64,000 nt of DNA, taken from the sequence record NC_048048.2; one strand, given 5' to 3'. Of this stretch, positions 1 to 9,015 are shown piece after piece. Below the pieces are notes generated by a model. The model ran no database searches. It was given only the letters and a program-made list of their open reading frames with translations, and was not told the DNA's origin. The position numbers were made by a program, and so were the translations under genes. Each line of letters starts with the position of its first letter. Positions within the stretch are counted from its first letter, which is position 1.

Positions 1-1
1 C

Positions 2-160
2 GTCTCCTGGGTGCCTGAAGGCGCCGACCGGCGTGTGGTGCTGCATGCCCAGCGCATTGCCGTCCTGGAGGCTCGCTTGGGCCTCCTGGATGGTGAGGGC
101 AATCTGCTGGAGCGGCCCAGGACGGCGCCGAAGTTCCTGGGCTTCAGGGACGACTTCTGA
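2..160 (+). CDS. 3' end of hypothetical protein (partial)
   Basis: open frame VSWVPEG...FRDDF* running in from the window edge; next ATG 2 nt after its stop. Confidence 0.7.
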   Translation, partial: VSWVPEGADRRVVLHAQRIAVLEARLGLLDGEGNLLERPRTAPKFLGFRDDF

Positions 161-162
161 TC

Positions 163-486
163 ATGAGCGACGAAGCCGAAAGCAAACGCCTCGCCGAATG
201 GGGCTTCTACGACGCCCTACGCTACAAGGCGCCAAGTCAAGACCATCCAGCCTATCGCGCTGAGTACGAGCGCATGGCCGGCGACATGATCGATCGCCTT
301 GATCCCTGCAAGTTCTGCGGCGCCAAGATGACCGTGATCGAGCCCAATGGCGAGGACTGGACTGGCATTACCTGTGCCAATCCCCAATGCACCGGCGACG
401 TCAGGATCGGATTGACAGACCCTGACAAGCATAGACGCTGGGTGATCCTGGCGGGCGCCTGGAACAATCGGGACATGATCGGATGA
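163..486 (+). CDS. Zn-ribbon protein, Lar/restriction-alleviation-like
   Basis: DPCKFCG...ITCANPQC motif. Confidence 0.6.
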   Translation: MSDEAESKRLAEWGFYDALRYKAPSQDHPAYRAEYERMAGDMIDRLDPCKFCGAKMTVIEPNGEDWTGITCANPQCTGDVRIGLTDPDKHRRWVILAGAWNNRDMIG

Positions 487-680
487 CCGTCGACAGCTTC
501 ACACGGGATGCCTTACTCGATCTGATGTTCGCGCAGCCTTCATCCAGCATCCTGAGAGAGCGAGGCCTGCGGGACCAGCGTGCCGGGAAGCCTCGCCTCT
601 CTGGGAACGAGCACTACTTGAGAGGCTACGAACTCGGGCAGGAGCTTGAACAGCGACTTCGTGAGGGAAACACGCCATGA
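483..680 (+). CDS. hypothetical protein with Rmf-like G-x-x-D-x-x-A-G...Y-x-x-G-Y motif
   Basis: ERGLRDQRAGKP...HYLRGYELG; ATGA overlap. Confidence 0.65.
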   Translation: MTVDSFTRDALLDLMFAQPSSSILRERGLRDQRAGKPRLSGNEHYLRGYELGQELEQRLREGNTP

Positions 681-1042
681 GCACTGAAGACCTCGGCGGC
701 CCGGTCTATGGCGATGAGCGGCTCTACGCCCATGCCGCAGGCTATAAGAAGACGTTAGACCAGATCAAGAGTGAGAACCTCTTCTACAATCCCGAGAAGG
801 CCAAGAACGAGCCGATTGACTACCTGAAGCTCACGGCCCACCGTCGCGCCAACCACATCGGCATGGCCATGACGGATTATGGTCGCATCTTCGTCGGGAC
901 CGAAGCTGAGATGCGCAAGGCGGCAAGCGAGCGGAGCGAGACGCGCCGGCGCGGCGTGCCTATCGCCGAGGTCTTCATCTACGGGCTCTCGATCGCGGCC
1001 ATGCTGATCCTGGCCTGGATCGCCTGGGGACCCCACGCGTAA
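677..1042 (+). CDS. hypothetical protein, C-terminal TM helix
   Basis: VFIYGLSIAAMLILAWIAW; ATGA overlap. Confidence 0.75.
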   Translation: MSTEDLGGPVYGDERLYAHAAGYKKTLDQIKSENLFYNPEKAKNEPIDYLKLTAHRRANHIGMAMTDYGRIFVGTEAEMRKAASERSETRRRGVPIAEVFIYGLSIAAMLILAWIAWGPHA

Positions 1043-1080
1043 GAACCCTGTTGACTTCCCACGTCATGGGGCCTATCACC
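1040..1080 (+). promoter_or_regulatory. sigma70-type promoter
   Basis: AAGAACCCTG-TTGACT(1051)-N17-TATCAC. Confidence 0.6.
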
Positions 1081-1110
1081 GTGTCAACTGCAATTGCACG
1101 GAGACCCATC

Positions 1111-1392
1111 GTGAAGATGGTCATCAAGAAGACGACCGGCATCCACTTCCACTGGTTCGCCGTGCTGGTGATCGCCGCGCTGTTCTGCGGCGCCGGCTAC
1201 GTCATCGGCGTGCAGGTCACGCCCCAGCAAGTCAGCCGACCCGTACTGCCGCCGGCCCAGCCGCTGAAGATCACCGTGCTTAAGGACGGCACGCTGATCG
1301 AGGACCCGCGCACCGGCTGCGCCTGGATCGAGCGCGGCTGGATGGGCACCTCGACCCTGCGCGGCGACAACTGCGAGAAGGTGGTCCGTTGA
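1111..1392 (+). CDS. membrane-anchored protein, DPxxGCAW family (paralog of 3425)
   Basis: GGAGA SD before GTG 1111; TM helix, then IEDPRTGCAW...LRGDNC. Confidence 0.75.
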   Translation: MKMVIKKTTGIHFHWFAVLVIAALFCGAGYVIGVQVTPQQVSRPVLPPAQPLKITVLKDGTLIEDPRTGCAWIERGWMGTSTLRGDNCEKVVR

Positions 1393-1772
1393 GCATCGTC
1401 GGCTCCATCGTCCTCGCCCTGGCGGTCGCTGGCGTGATCATCTGGTGGGTGAAGACCACCAGCGACTACGAGGCCAAGTTCAAGATCGCGGTCGACGCCA
1501 AGGGCGTGCCCGAGGTCTACTCTCTGGCGTTCTTCATCAAGAACATGCGCCAGGAGTTCGTCACCGACCTCACGCGCCCCGAAGAAAGCCGGATCACCAA
1601 TCCGACCGCCTATCAGGCGCGCCTGGGACAAGCCGCTTCGATCCTCACCCTGTCGGCCGGCGCGGTCGATCGCGCCATTCGAGCCGACAATGGCGAGGTC
1701 CTGGCCGCCGCCCTGCTATTGGCCGACAGCCTCAAGGCCGTCGCCGAGGTCAAGAAGCACACCAACCCGTGA
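1389..1772 (+). CDS. hypothetical protein, N-terminal TM anchor
   Basis: IVGSIVLALAVAGVIIWWV; overlapping start/stop. Confidence 0.75.
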   Translation: MSIVGSIVLALAVAGVIIWWVKTTSDYEAKFKIAVDAKGVPEVYSLAFFIKNMRQEFVTDLTRPEESRITNPTAYQARLGQAASILTLSAGAVDRAIRADNGEVLAAALLLADSLKAVAEVKKHTNP

Positions 1773-2047
1773 CAAGCTGCGCCTGCTCCGAGAAGAAGCG
1801 TCCGCTGCCGACGGCCCTGCCGGAGGGCTCCAACGAGCGTCCCCGGCAGTGGTTTGTCCTGCGCCGCAACGAGAGCAGCAGCGCCTTCAACGGCTACCGC
1901 CGGCAGTGGTCGGACAAGTCCTATGTGCAGTGCCGTGTCTGCGGCTGCGCCTGGGACACCAAGGCCGCCTATGTCAGCGACCTCCCCAACTGCGAATACT
2001 ATCCCGAGCGGGTCGCCCCCGCCGTCGAGCCCTGGACCGATCAATGA
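1769..2047 (+). CDS. Cys-rich hypothetical protein
   Basis: GTGA overlap; CAC...QCRVCGC. Confidence 0.7.
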   Translation: MTSCACSEKKRPLPTALPEGSNERPRQWFVLRRNESSSAFNGYRRQWSDKSYVQCRVCGCAWDTKAAYVSDLPNCEYYPERVAPAVEPWTDQ

Positions 2048-2451
2048 TCACGCTGCCCGAACCCCTCAAGCCCTGCCCGTTCTGCGGCGGCCCTTTCGCG
2101 ATCAGCCAGGAGCCGCACGACAATCACCCGATCGCGGGGATGTACTACATCTACCACACCGATCGGACGACGCCGGAGCGCTGGCACTGCCGGATCAACG
2201 TCGACAACCACTTTGACTCGGTCGAGGCGGCCGTGTCGTTCTGGAACGATCGTCACGTCCCCGATGAGCGGATCATCCTGCCCAAGATCAGGGTCGCCGA
2301 ACTTTGCTATAGCATGGGCTGGACCGCCGGCTACGGGCAAGCCCTGGTCGAGAAGGGCCTGTGCTTGGCCGACGCCTGGGACCTCGACAAGCCCGAAGCT
2401 ATCGCTCGCCTCCAGGCCGGAGGCGAAGACCCCGGAGAGGAGACGCCATGA
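2044..2451 (+). CDS. Lar/restriction-alleviation-like Zn-finger protein
   Basis: LKPCPFCGG N-terminus typical of the Lar family. Confidence 0.65.
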   Translation: MITLPEPLKPCPFCGGPFAISQEPHDNHPIAGMYYIYHTDRTTPERWHCRINVDNHFDSVEAAVSFWNDRHVPDERIILPKIRVAELCYSMGWTAGYGQALVEKGLCLADAWDLDKPEAIARLQAGGEDPGEETP

Positions 2452-2654
2452 CCGCCGCTGAACAGATCGCCGAAGCCGGCAAGCGCTACCTCTACTTCAA
2501 GAACTGGCGCACCAAGGAAGTCGCGGACAATCCGATCGACGTCACCAACCGCTCCGATCGCGAGATCGAGAAGATCAAGGCCGGCATGGCCATCAACATC
2601 GGCGGCGACTGGTACATCGGCGACACGTTATATGACCGCGAGGACGTGGCGTGA
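2448..2654 (+). CDS. hypothetical protein
   Basis: GGAGA SD, ATGA overlap. Confidence 0.7.
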   Translation: MTAAEQIAEAGKRYLYFKNWRTKEVADNPIDVTNRSDREIEKIKAGMAINIGGDWYIGDTLYDREDVA

Positions 2655-2995
2655 AGAAGCCGACCAAGGCTCAACTGCGTATCTTTTCGCGCGCCTATCA
2701 GCACCCGCTGAAGCTCGCTGAGCCGCATTGGTCCTGGCAGGGCCTCAAGCGTGCCAACTGGCACGCCACCATGAGCCGGCTGGTCGCCCAGGGATGGTTC
2801 AGGACCTATCCTCACGGCGGCGGCTACGAACTCACGGAACTGGGCATTGAGGTGTCCGGCGTCGGCCGACCTGCGTTCCTGATCGTCAAAGGCCAGGAGG
2901 CGGATATCGAGCATATGCACCGGTCGCTCCAGGACCACATGAAAGAGACCTACATCATCCCACGAGACGAGGAGGACACCGATGGACCTGCATGA
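2651..2995 (+). CDS. hypothetical protein, possible winged helix
   Basis: ATMSRLVAQGWF...GYELTELG wing-like pattern. Confidence 0.6.
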   Translation: MKKPTKAQLRIFSRAYQHPLKLAEPHWSWQGLKRANWHATMSRLVAQGWFRTYPHGGGYELTELGIEVSGVGRPAFLIVKGQEADIEHMHRSLQDHMKETYIIPRDEEDTDGPA

Positions 2996-3419
2996 ACTGC
3001 GCGAAGAGATCGAGAGCGGCCGGCGCATGCTTTCGAGCGAGGCGGTCGATCATCTGCGCGAGATCGGTGAGCCCTATGTCAAGCTCCAGAACGAACTGGC
3101 CCAGGCCGGCGGCCCCGTACTGCCATCCGGTTACGAGTTCCCGATGAACGTCGAGGGCTACGAGACGTCGTTCCACAAGGGCGAGGCGTCGGTCTACATC
3201 TGGGGGTCCTGGACGCGGCGCGGCTGCACCGACCCGGAATCGTGTCATCTGCCGGTCGCCTACGTCTACGGCACGTTGTCGGAACAGGCCAACATCCTGG
3301 CCGGCATCAAGCAGCAGATCGCCGACCTCCAGGGCGCCAAGGCCGCTGCCGCCGAGAAGGCCCAGTACGCCGAATACCTGCGCCTGAAGCAAATCTACGA
3401 ACCCGCCAGCGTCGGTTGA
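2982..3419 (+). CDS. hypothetical protein
   Basis: GGAGG SD, phage codon bias. Confidence 0.75.
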   Translation: MDLHELREEIESGRRMLSSEAVDHLREIGEPYVKLQNELAQAGGPVLPSGYEFPMNVEGYETSFHKGEASVYIWGSWTRRGCTDPESCHLPVAYVYGTLSEQANILAGIKQQIADLQGAKAAAAEKAQYAEYLRLKQIYEPASVG

Positions 3420-3424
3420 CAGCG

Positions 3425-3715
3425 ATGCACACCTACAAGGAACCCAACCGCATGCGCCTGATGCAACAAATCTGCCTTGTCGTCGCCACGCCCTTGGCGA
3501 TCTTCGCCCTGATCATCAGTCTCGTGGCCATCAACGGCAAGGCTCCGCCCGTCGAGAGCCCGTCCATGTCGCCCAAGCTGCGGGTCGAGCGTCTGGACGG
3601 CGACGGGCGCAAGCAACTGATCCAGGACCCGCAGTCGGGCTGCGCCTGGGTCTCGTCGGTCGAGAACGTCTACAAGCTGCGCGGTGGCCCCGAGTGCGAG
3701 GTCAAACGCCTCTAG
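3425..3715 (+). CDS. membrane-anchored protein, DPxxGCAW family (paralog of 1111)
   Basis: TM helix, then IQDPQSGCAW...LRGGPEC. Confidence 0.75.
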   Translation: MHTYKEPNRMRLMQQICLVVATPLAIFALIISLVAINGKAPPVESPSMSPKLRVERLDGDGRKQLIQDPQSGCAWVSSVENVYKLRGGPECEVKRL

Positions 3716-3724
3716 CCACTCCAC

Positions 3725-3765
3725 AAGAAATCGGTTGACAGTCTGATCAAAGCCTCGCTAGATGG
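3725..3765 (+). promoter_or_regulatory. sigma70-type promoter
   Basis: AAGAAATCGG-TTGACA(3735)...GCTAGAT(3757), matching the Caulobacter GCTANAW -10. Confidence 0.8.
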
Positions 3766-3790
3766 GGCCTCGAACCAAGGAGGTCCTTGC

Positions 3791-4216
3791 TTGCCAGATC
3801 AAAAACTCCTGAGCCTGCTCAACGAGCTTGAGTGCCTGGAGACCCCGTCGACCGCACTCGACCTGGAGCTATGGGGCCTGCTGTGCGCCAAGCCGGAGTC
3901 GCCCGATCCGCGCAAGGTCGGCGTCAAGCCGCCGGCCTTCACCGGGCGGTTCGAGGACGCCTGCTGGCTGGCCTGCTATCTGATCAAGCCCGAGGACCAC
4001 AGACTGCGCGCGGCGGTGATCGAGGAAGCGGTCATCACCGCTACTCACCGGCTGGCCGAGGACGATTCCAAGTGCCAGGGCAAGTTCTTCCTGGAGCGCG
4101 CCGCCGTCCACGTCTGCGAGAACGCGATCAAGGCGCTCATCGATCCCGAGGCCTTCCGGGCCTTCGCCTATCGCCGCAAGCGCGACCGCGCGCACACCGA
4201 ACTGATGGTCGACTGA
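3791..4216 (+). CDS. hypothetical protein
   Basis: AGGAGG SD before TTG start. Confidence 0.75.
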   Translation: MPDQKLLSLLNELECLETPSTALDLELWGLLCAKPESPDPRKVGVKPPAFTGRFEDACWLACYLIKPEDHRLRAAVIEEAVITATHRLAEDDSKCQGKFFLERAAVHVCENAIKALIDPEAFRAFAYRRKRDRAHTELMVD

Positions 4217-4449
4217 TGAAGCGGCCCACCACCTACACCAGCACCGCCTACTTCGCCGAGGAGCTTCGACTGGAAAGCATCGACCTCGTCCAGGACGTGC
4301 TGAACAACCTCCAGCAGACCCGCGACGGCGAGGTCCGCACCAAGAACCGCAAAGGCCGGCTGCGCGAGATCGACTACGCGTCCAGCATCATCGAGGGCCA
4401 AATCCTCAAGGTCTTCCAGAACCTGACCGTGGAGGGCACGAACAAATGA
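4216..4449 (+). CDS. hypothetical protein
   Basis: TGATG overlap. Confidence 0.7.
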   Translation: MKRPTTYTSTAYFAEELRLESIDLVQDVLNNLQQTRDGEVRTKNRKGRLREIDYASSIIEGQILKVFQNLTVEGTNK

Positions 4450-4901
4450 GCGACTCCGCCATCGCTGAGATCGACGAGCTTCTTGATGTTCTCAACGGTC
4501 CCATCCACCTGGGCAATCGCCTGCTCTACAACGCGCGCATCGCCATAGCCATCGCCCCGCACCGGCATTGGACCTCGGGCGTCGTCGAGCAGAAGATCGC
4601 CAGGACCAATCCGCGCAAGATCGTCACGACCTATCGCCAATCCGACGGCTCGCTAAGCTATGGCACCGCGTGGGCGCCGGAATGGATCGAAGACGCCGAC
4701 AAGGCCCTGACCTTCATCCGCCAGTCGTTCCCGCACGCGCGCCTGACGATCCACACGCCCTGCGACCTGGATGAGGCGGTCGTCACCGCCGAGGCCGATA
4801 TCGGGCATGCGCGCATGTCGACCTTCGGCCCGACCCTGGCCCAGGCCGTGATCGGCGCGGCGCTCATGCTCATCCGCAATCGCCTGACGGATCGCACATG
4901 A
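4446..4901 (+). CDS. hypothetical protein
   Basis: ATGA overlap. Confidence 0.75.
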   Translation: MSDSAIAEIDELLDVLNGPIHLGNRLLYNARIAIAIAPHRHWTSGVVEQKIARTNPRKIVTTYRQSDGSLSYGTAWAPEWIEDADKALTFIRQSFPHARLTIHTPCDLDEAVVTAEADIGHARMSTFGPTLAQAVIGAALMLIRNRLTDRT

Positions 4902-5290
4902 CCCCCACCGAAAAGGTGCTCAAGAACGCGCGCCACATCACCCAGGCCGAGCGGCACGTCTACGCGATCGGCGACGAGTGCTGGCGCGCTGACTATGCCC
5001 GCATCGAACGCGGCGAGGTCGTGCGCCAGATGCCCTGCGACTTCGACAGCCAGGGCAACATCATCCGGCGGGGTGACGAAGGCGGAGCTTACACCCTGAC
5101 GGTCGCCAAGTTCCCCTCGGGGTACCAGGAACAGACCTACGGCTGGAAGTTCTTTCCGACCAGGGAACTGGCGATCTACGAACTCCAGATGATCATCGAG
5201 CGCCGGATCAACGACACCAAGCGAGACCTCCAGAAGCTGGAAGACTTGCGTGACGCGGCCCTGGCGATGGACGTGCAGGTTCGCGAATGA
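4898..5290 (+). CDS. hypothetical protein
   Basis: ATGA overlap. Confidence 0.75.
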   Translation: MTPTEKVLKNARHITQAERHVYAIGDECWRADYARIERGEVVRQMPCDFDSQGNIIRRGDEGGAYTLTVAKFPSGYQEQTYGWKFFPTRELAIYELQMIIERRINDTKRDLQKLEDLRDAALAMDVQVRE

Positions 5291-5688
5291 CCGAAGACGC
5301 CGACAAAGGCCCTTGGAAGTGCTTCCACTGCGGCTACATCGCCAACACCGTGCGCGAGGGCCTGGATCACTTCGGCTACGACGAGACCGAGGCGCCCGCG
5401 TGCCTCCAGGTCCTGACCGAGACCGAGAAGGCCATCGTCGAGGACCGGCGTTTCTGGCGCCACCGGGCGCTCACCGCCGAAGACCATCTGGAGCAGGCCC
5501 ACCACGAGCTTCACATGGCCCGCTACGACATCCACCACCACTTCCGCGTCCATACCCTGGCCGAGGCCGGGAACGCCTACGACAACCTCAAGGGCGAGGT
5601 CGAGGCGTTGAAGGAGCGCGTGCGCTGGGTTCCGGCCTGGATCAGGCGTCTCTTCCTGCCGAAGGGGTACTACGATGTGCAGCCGTAG
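5287..5688 (+). CDS. hypothetical protein with CxxC motif
   Basis: WKCFHCGY; ATGA overlap. Confidence 0.75.
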   Translation: MTEDADKGPWKCFHCGYIANTVREGLDHFGYDETEAPACLQVLTETEKAIVEDRRFWRHRALTAEDHLEQAHHELHMARYDIHHHFRVHTLAEAGNAYDNLKGEVEALKERVRWVPAWIRRLFLPKGYYDVQP

Positions 5689-5995
5689 GAACGAGTATCT
5701 GCCGACGATCTGGGAGCGCGTGACCAACACCCGGTGGCTCTACCACTTCGACGAGCGCTACCTGGGCATCCCCCTGCACCGTACCTTCGGCGGCGCGATG
5801 CCTTGTCGCGTCCGGGCTAAGGACATGTCGACCTCGATCGGCAACCGCACGCGCCTCATGGTCCGCGCCACCGGCGAGGTCAACCCCAACCGCCTGCCAA
5901 CGCACCGCGTCTTTGGTGGCTATGTGCCAGCCAAGATTCGAGCGCGCCACCACGTCTGGACCATTTCCTGTCCTTCCACCGGCGCACGCCTCTAA
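5675..5995 (+). CDS. hypothetical protein
   Basis: overlaps upstream gene and fills the gap to a promoter. Confidence 0.6.
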   Translation: MCSRRNEYLPTIWERVTNTRWLYHFDERYLGIPLHRTFGGAMPCRVRAKDMSTSIGNRTRLMVRATGEVNPNRLPTHRVFGGYVPAKIRARHHVWTISCPSTGARL

Positions 5996-6000
5996 CTTCG

Positions 6001-6040
6001 TGACACGGTTGACGGCGCCGTGTCATCCTGAGATGATCGA
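6001..6040 (+). promoter_or_regulatory. promoter with palindrome over the -35
   Basis: TGACACGG-N9-CCGTGTCA (6001-6025) enclosing TTGACG at 6009. Confidence 0.55.
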
Positions 6041-6057
6041 AGCCTAGCCATTACCGA

Positions 6058-6828
6058 GTGACCATGACCGACTTCGACACCGCCGAGGCCAAGTTCAACA
6101 AGCTGATCAAGCGTCTCGCCATCAAGATCGGCCAATCCCAGACGCCCGTGCCGGGCTTTGCCGTGGGCCTGTCAGGCACCGACTCGGCCCTGGCCTTCCT
6201 GGCGCTGAACGCGGCGATCAAGATCGCCTGGGCCGACTACGGGCTCAAGCCGCGCCTGATGGGCATCCACTATGTCAACGCCAATCGGCTGCGCCAGGGC
6301 GCCTTCGAGAAGGTCGGCATCCCGTGGCTGCGTCGCGAGGTCCCCGAGGCCACCATCCAGGTGATCGCCCCGCCGGGCGGCAATCACGACCAATACCGCT
6401 GGGCCGACCTGCACGTGCGCGCCCTGAAGGCGATCGATCCGGTCAGCGGTGACCTCTCGCCCCTGCCGGTCGAGGAGAGCTTCTGGGTCTCGGGCACGAT
6501 CAACGCCACCGAGCACGCCCTGGGCAAGTACAGTCTGTTCGCCAACGCCGTCTCGATCCAGCCGATCCGCTCGATGTGGAAGTCGGAGATCATGGCCCTG
6601 GCCAAGCAATGGATGCCCGAGGAGATCGTCGAGGCTGCCCGCATCCCCGACTGCCTATGCGGTCGTGACGAGGTGGCGGCCGAGAATATCGAACTGGTCG
6701 ATGCGGTCCTGCGCAACGACTATGATCCGTCCAAGGTCAAGCCCAAGCTGCTCAAGACCATCGTCGACTATATCCGCGTGACCAGGGCCGAGCACGGCTT
6801 CCGTTCGCGCATCCCCTACGTGGTGTGA
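6058..6828 (+). CDS. NAD+ synthetase (NadE)-like adenine nucleotide alpha-hydrolase
   Basis: GFAVGLSGTDSALA PP-loop-like; GTINATE...GKYS...SIQPIRSMWKSEIMALAK...IPD parallels NadE GTxNxxE...PixdLxKxeV...P. Confidence 0.7.
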   Translation: MTMTDFDTAEAKFNKLIKRLAIKIGQSQTPVPGFAVGLSGTDSALAFLALNAAIKIAWADYGLKPRLMGIHYVNANRLRQGAFEKVGIPWLRREVPEATIQVIAPPGGNHDQYRWADLHVRALKAIDPVSGDLSPLPVEESFWVSGTINATEHALGKYSLFANAVSIQPIRSMWKSEIMALAKQWMPEEIVEAARIPDCLCGRDEVAAENIELVDAVLRNDYDPSKVKPKLLKTIVDYIRVTRAEHGFRSRIPYVV

Positions 6829-7157
6829 TCATGCCGGGTTCCTATGACATCGAGACTTCGGGCCTGCATTGGCCGGGGACGCCGCGCAAGACGCTGTCCA
6901 TGAAAGTGATCGGCGCCGACAAGACCATTAGCACCCTGCGACTGACCAGCAATCGCCTGGAAGGGCTCCAGTCCTTCGTGCGTGCGATCAAGGCTGAGCA
7001 GGAACGCTCGCGCAAGCAGTTCGCCGCGCGGCGTAAGCGCTACATCCAGACCGTGGGTCATCGCGATCGCGGCGCCGGCGGCCCGCTGCGCAAGGTCGAG
7101 CGCCTGACGCGGGAGGCCCACAAGCTGCGCCGCCAGTTCCGAGCCGCCCATGGCTGA
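6825..7157 (+). CDS. basic hypothetical protein
   Basis: GTGA overlap; Arg/Lys-rich C-terminal half. Confidence 0.7.
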   Translation: MIMPGSYDIETSGLHWPGTPRKTLSMKVIGADKTISTLRLTSNRLEGLQSFVRAIKAEQERSRKQFAARRKRYIQTVGHRDRGAGGPLRKVERLTREAHKLRRQFRAAHG

Positions 7158-7425
7158 TCACCGCTTCAACGTCCTGACGCCCATCGTCGAAAAGGTCCGA
7201 GAAAAGACGGACCTCAAGGCCGTGCGCAAGGCCCTGTGGTTTGAGCAGATCGCCCGCTTGGAGGCCAGGGTGCGCGAGGCCCCTGATGCCGAAGAGACCC
7301 AAGACTGGCTACTCGCTGAAATTGTCTGCGCCGCCTACTACACGCTCCGCTCGACCTTGGGCGGAAAGCAACTTCGGGCCGATGCGTTCCGCCGGCTCAT
7401 CTATCTGAGGAGCCAATTCGCGTGA
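7150..7425 (+). CDS. hypothetical protein
   Basis: coupled ORF. Confidence 0.7.
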   Translation: MADHRFNVLTPIVEKVREKTDLKAVRKALWFEQIARLEARVREAPDAEETQDWLLAEIVCAAYYTLRSTLGGKQLRADAFRRLIYLRSQFA

Positions 7426-7859
7426 AGCTGACCGTCACCACCGTCGAAAGCGTCGAGGCCTGGGGCGACACGCTGTCCCTTGTCAAGGTCAAGGGCATCG
7501 ACAAGACCGTCGTCGCCAACCGCAAGGAAGACGACTCGTTCCGCTGGACCGTTGGTGAGCCCGTGGTCTACGTGCCCGAGAACGCCATCCTGCCCGAAGA
7601 AGTCCTCAAGGCCCGAGGCTACTGGGACGAGGTCAAGAACAAGGGCCTCCTGGGCGGCTCCAAGGGCAACCGCGTCAAGAACCGCGTCTTCGGCCGCACC
7701 GAGGACAACCCCGGCGTGGAGTCCAGCGGCCTGCTGTTCAAGGTCGCGATCGAGCAGGGCTACGAGTGGTTCGTGATCGGCGGCGCTTTGGGTAACAAGC
7801 GCGTCTTCGAGGGCGACGATGTCGCCGAGTTCCTGGGCGTGACGGAGTATGTGGCATGA
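7422..7859 (+). CDS. stand-alone N-terminal OB/tRNA-binding domain of DRB0094-type RNA ligase
   Basis: VGEPVVYVPENAILP...NRVKNRVF...ESSGLL...EGDDVAEFLGVTEY matches GDxVVYxPxDxxLP...RVKxxxxRG..SxGL...EGDDVTxxLGIxKY. Confidence 0.6.
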   Translation: MKLTVTTVESVEAWGDTLSLVKVKGIDKTVVANRKEDDSFRWTVGEPVVYVPENAILPEEVLKARGYWDEVKNKGLLGGSKGNRVKNRVFGRTEDNPGVESSGLLFKVAIEQGYEWFVIGGALGNKRVFEGDDVAEFLGVTEYVA

Positions 7860-8299
7860 CCGAAGCTGCCGAACACGCCTATCTGCACGCCAAGATCAAG
7901 CACGCCATCCTCGACATTCATCTGGTCGGCAAGCGCATCATGGGTCTGGATGAAGTCGTCGACAACGTCATCAAGATCATGGAGGAGCAAGTCCTGATCA
8001 GCAATGACGCGCGTCGCTACGACTTGCCGCCCACGATCATCCGCGCTTTGTCCAAGTGCGGCTTCGTCATCCTGGGCGTCCACAAGGGCGAGCATCCTTC
8101 CATCTACCGGATCGACTGCACAGGCCAGAAGACGGTGTCCCTGGTGCGGACCCGCCATCCCCAGGAGACCTGGATGGTCCTGGGCGCCAGCTTCCAGGTC
8201 GAGGAGGACGCGCTGTCCGCCCTGGCCACCACGATCGCCAAGGACTGGGCCGACCACATGACCCGCGTCAGGCAGACCGAAGGCAAGGTCGCCGCATGA
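7856..8299 (+). CDS. hypothetical protein, YDLP paralog family
   Basis: RYDLPPTIIRALSK...LATTIAKDW. Confidence 0.75.
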   Translation: MTEAAEHAYLHAKIKHAILDIHLVGKRIMGLDEVVDNVIKIMEEQVLISNDARRYDLPPTIIRALSKCGFVILGVHKGEHPSIYRIDCTGQKTVSLVRTRHPQETWMVLGASFQVEEDALSALATTIAKDWADHMTRVRQTEGKVAA

Positions 8300-8709
8300 G
8301 CCTGCTCGATCTCGTCTCCCGCGCCGACATCGAGCGCGCCATCGCCAAGGCCACCGCTCCGAGGGGAACGGTCGCAGCCGCCGTCACGGCCATCCAGGAC
8401 CTCATCATGAAGGCCGAGACGCGGCAGGAACTGGCCAGCCAATACGACCTTCCCGTGGCTGTCCTGGACGCCTTCACCAAGGCGGACCTGCCAATCACCG
8501 AGATCGCCAGGAACCCGACCTACGGGTTCATCTGGGAAATCAACGTGCGGGTGCTCTACAACGACGACCTCCGCGAGAGCGAGCCTTTGGTCTATCTGGT
8601 CCAGGGCGCGCATGACGGCTGGCTCGTGGCCAACGAGCGCTATGACATCCCCAACAACAAGCTTGAGGCCCTGTCCCAGGCTCTCGGAAAGGTCAAGGAC
8701 CATGGCTAA
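8296..8709 (+). CDS. hypothetical protein, YDLP paralog family
   Basis: QYDLPVAVLDAFTK. Confidence 0.75.
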   Translation: MSLLDLVSRADIERAIAKATAPRGTVAAAVTAIQDLIMKAETRQELASQYDLPVAVLDAFTKADLPITEIARNPTYGFIWEINVRVLYNDDLRESEPLVYLVQGAHDGWLVANERYDIPNNKLEALSQALGKVKDHG

Positions 8710-9013
8710 GAAGCTCGATCCGACCCTCAAGGCCGTCCTGATCGGCGCGACGATCGCCGTGGCGCCGTTCCTGGGCATGGCCTATTACGCCGGCGCGCAG
8801 GCTGCGGCCTTCACGCCCAAAGGCGCGATCGAACCGGGCGGCTTCCGCTGGCGTGGCCTCTCCGCGCCGGCCAAGGTGACCAAGGTCGCCGAGATGCCCG
8901 AAAGCGACTGCGTCGTCTATCGCGTCGATACCGAGGGCTCCAAGCTCTACATCGTGCGAGGCAACTACCAGAACTGCTCGATCACTTCGACAAACGCACA
9001 GGACGACAACTGA
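8702..9013 (+). CDS. membrane-anchored hypothetical protein
   Basis: hydrophobic N-terminus; two Cys in the C-terminal domain. Confidence 0.7.
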   Translation: MAKKLDPTLKAVLIGATIAVAPFLGMAYYAGAQAAAFTPKGAIEPGGFRWRGLSAPAKVTKVAEMPESDCVVYRVDTEGSKLYIVRGNYQNCSITSTNAQDDN

Positions 9014-9015
9014 GC

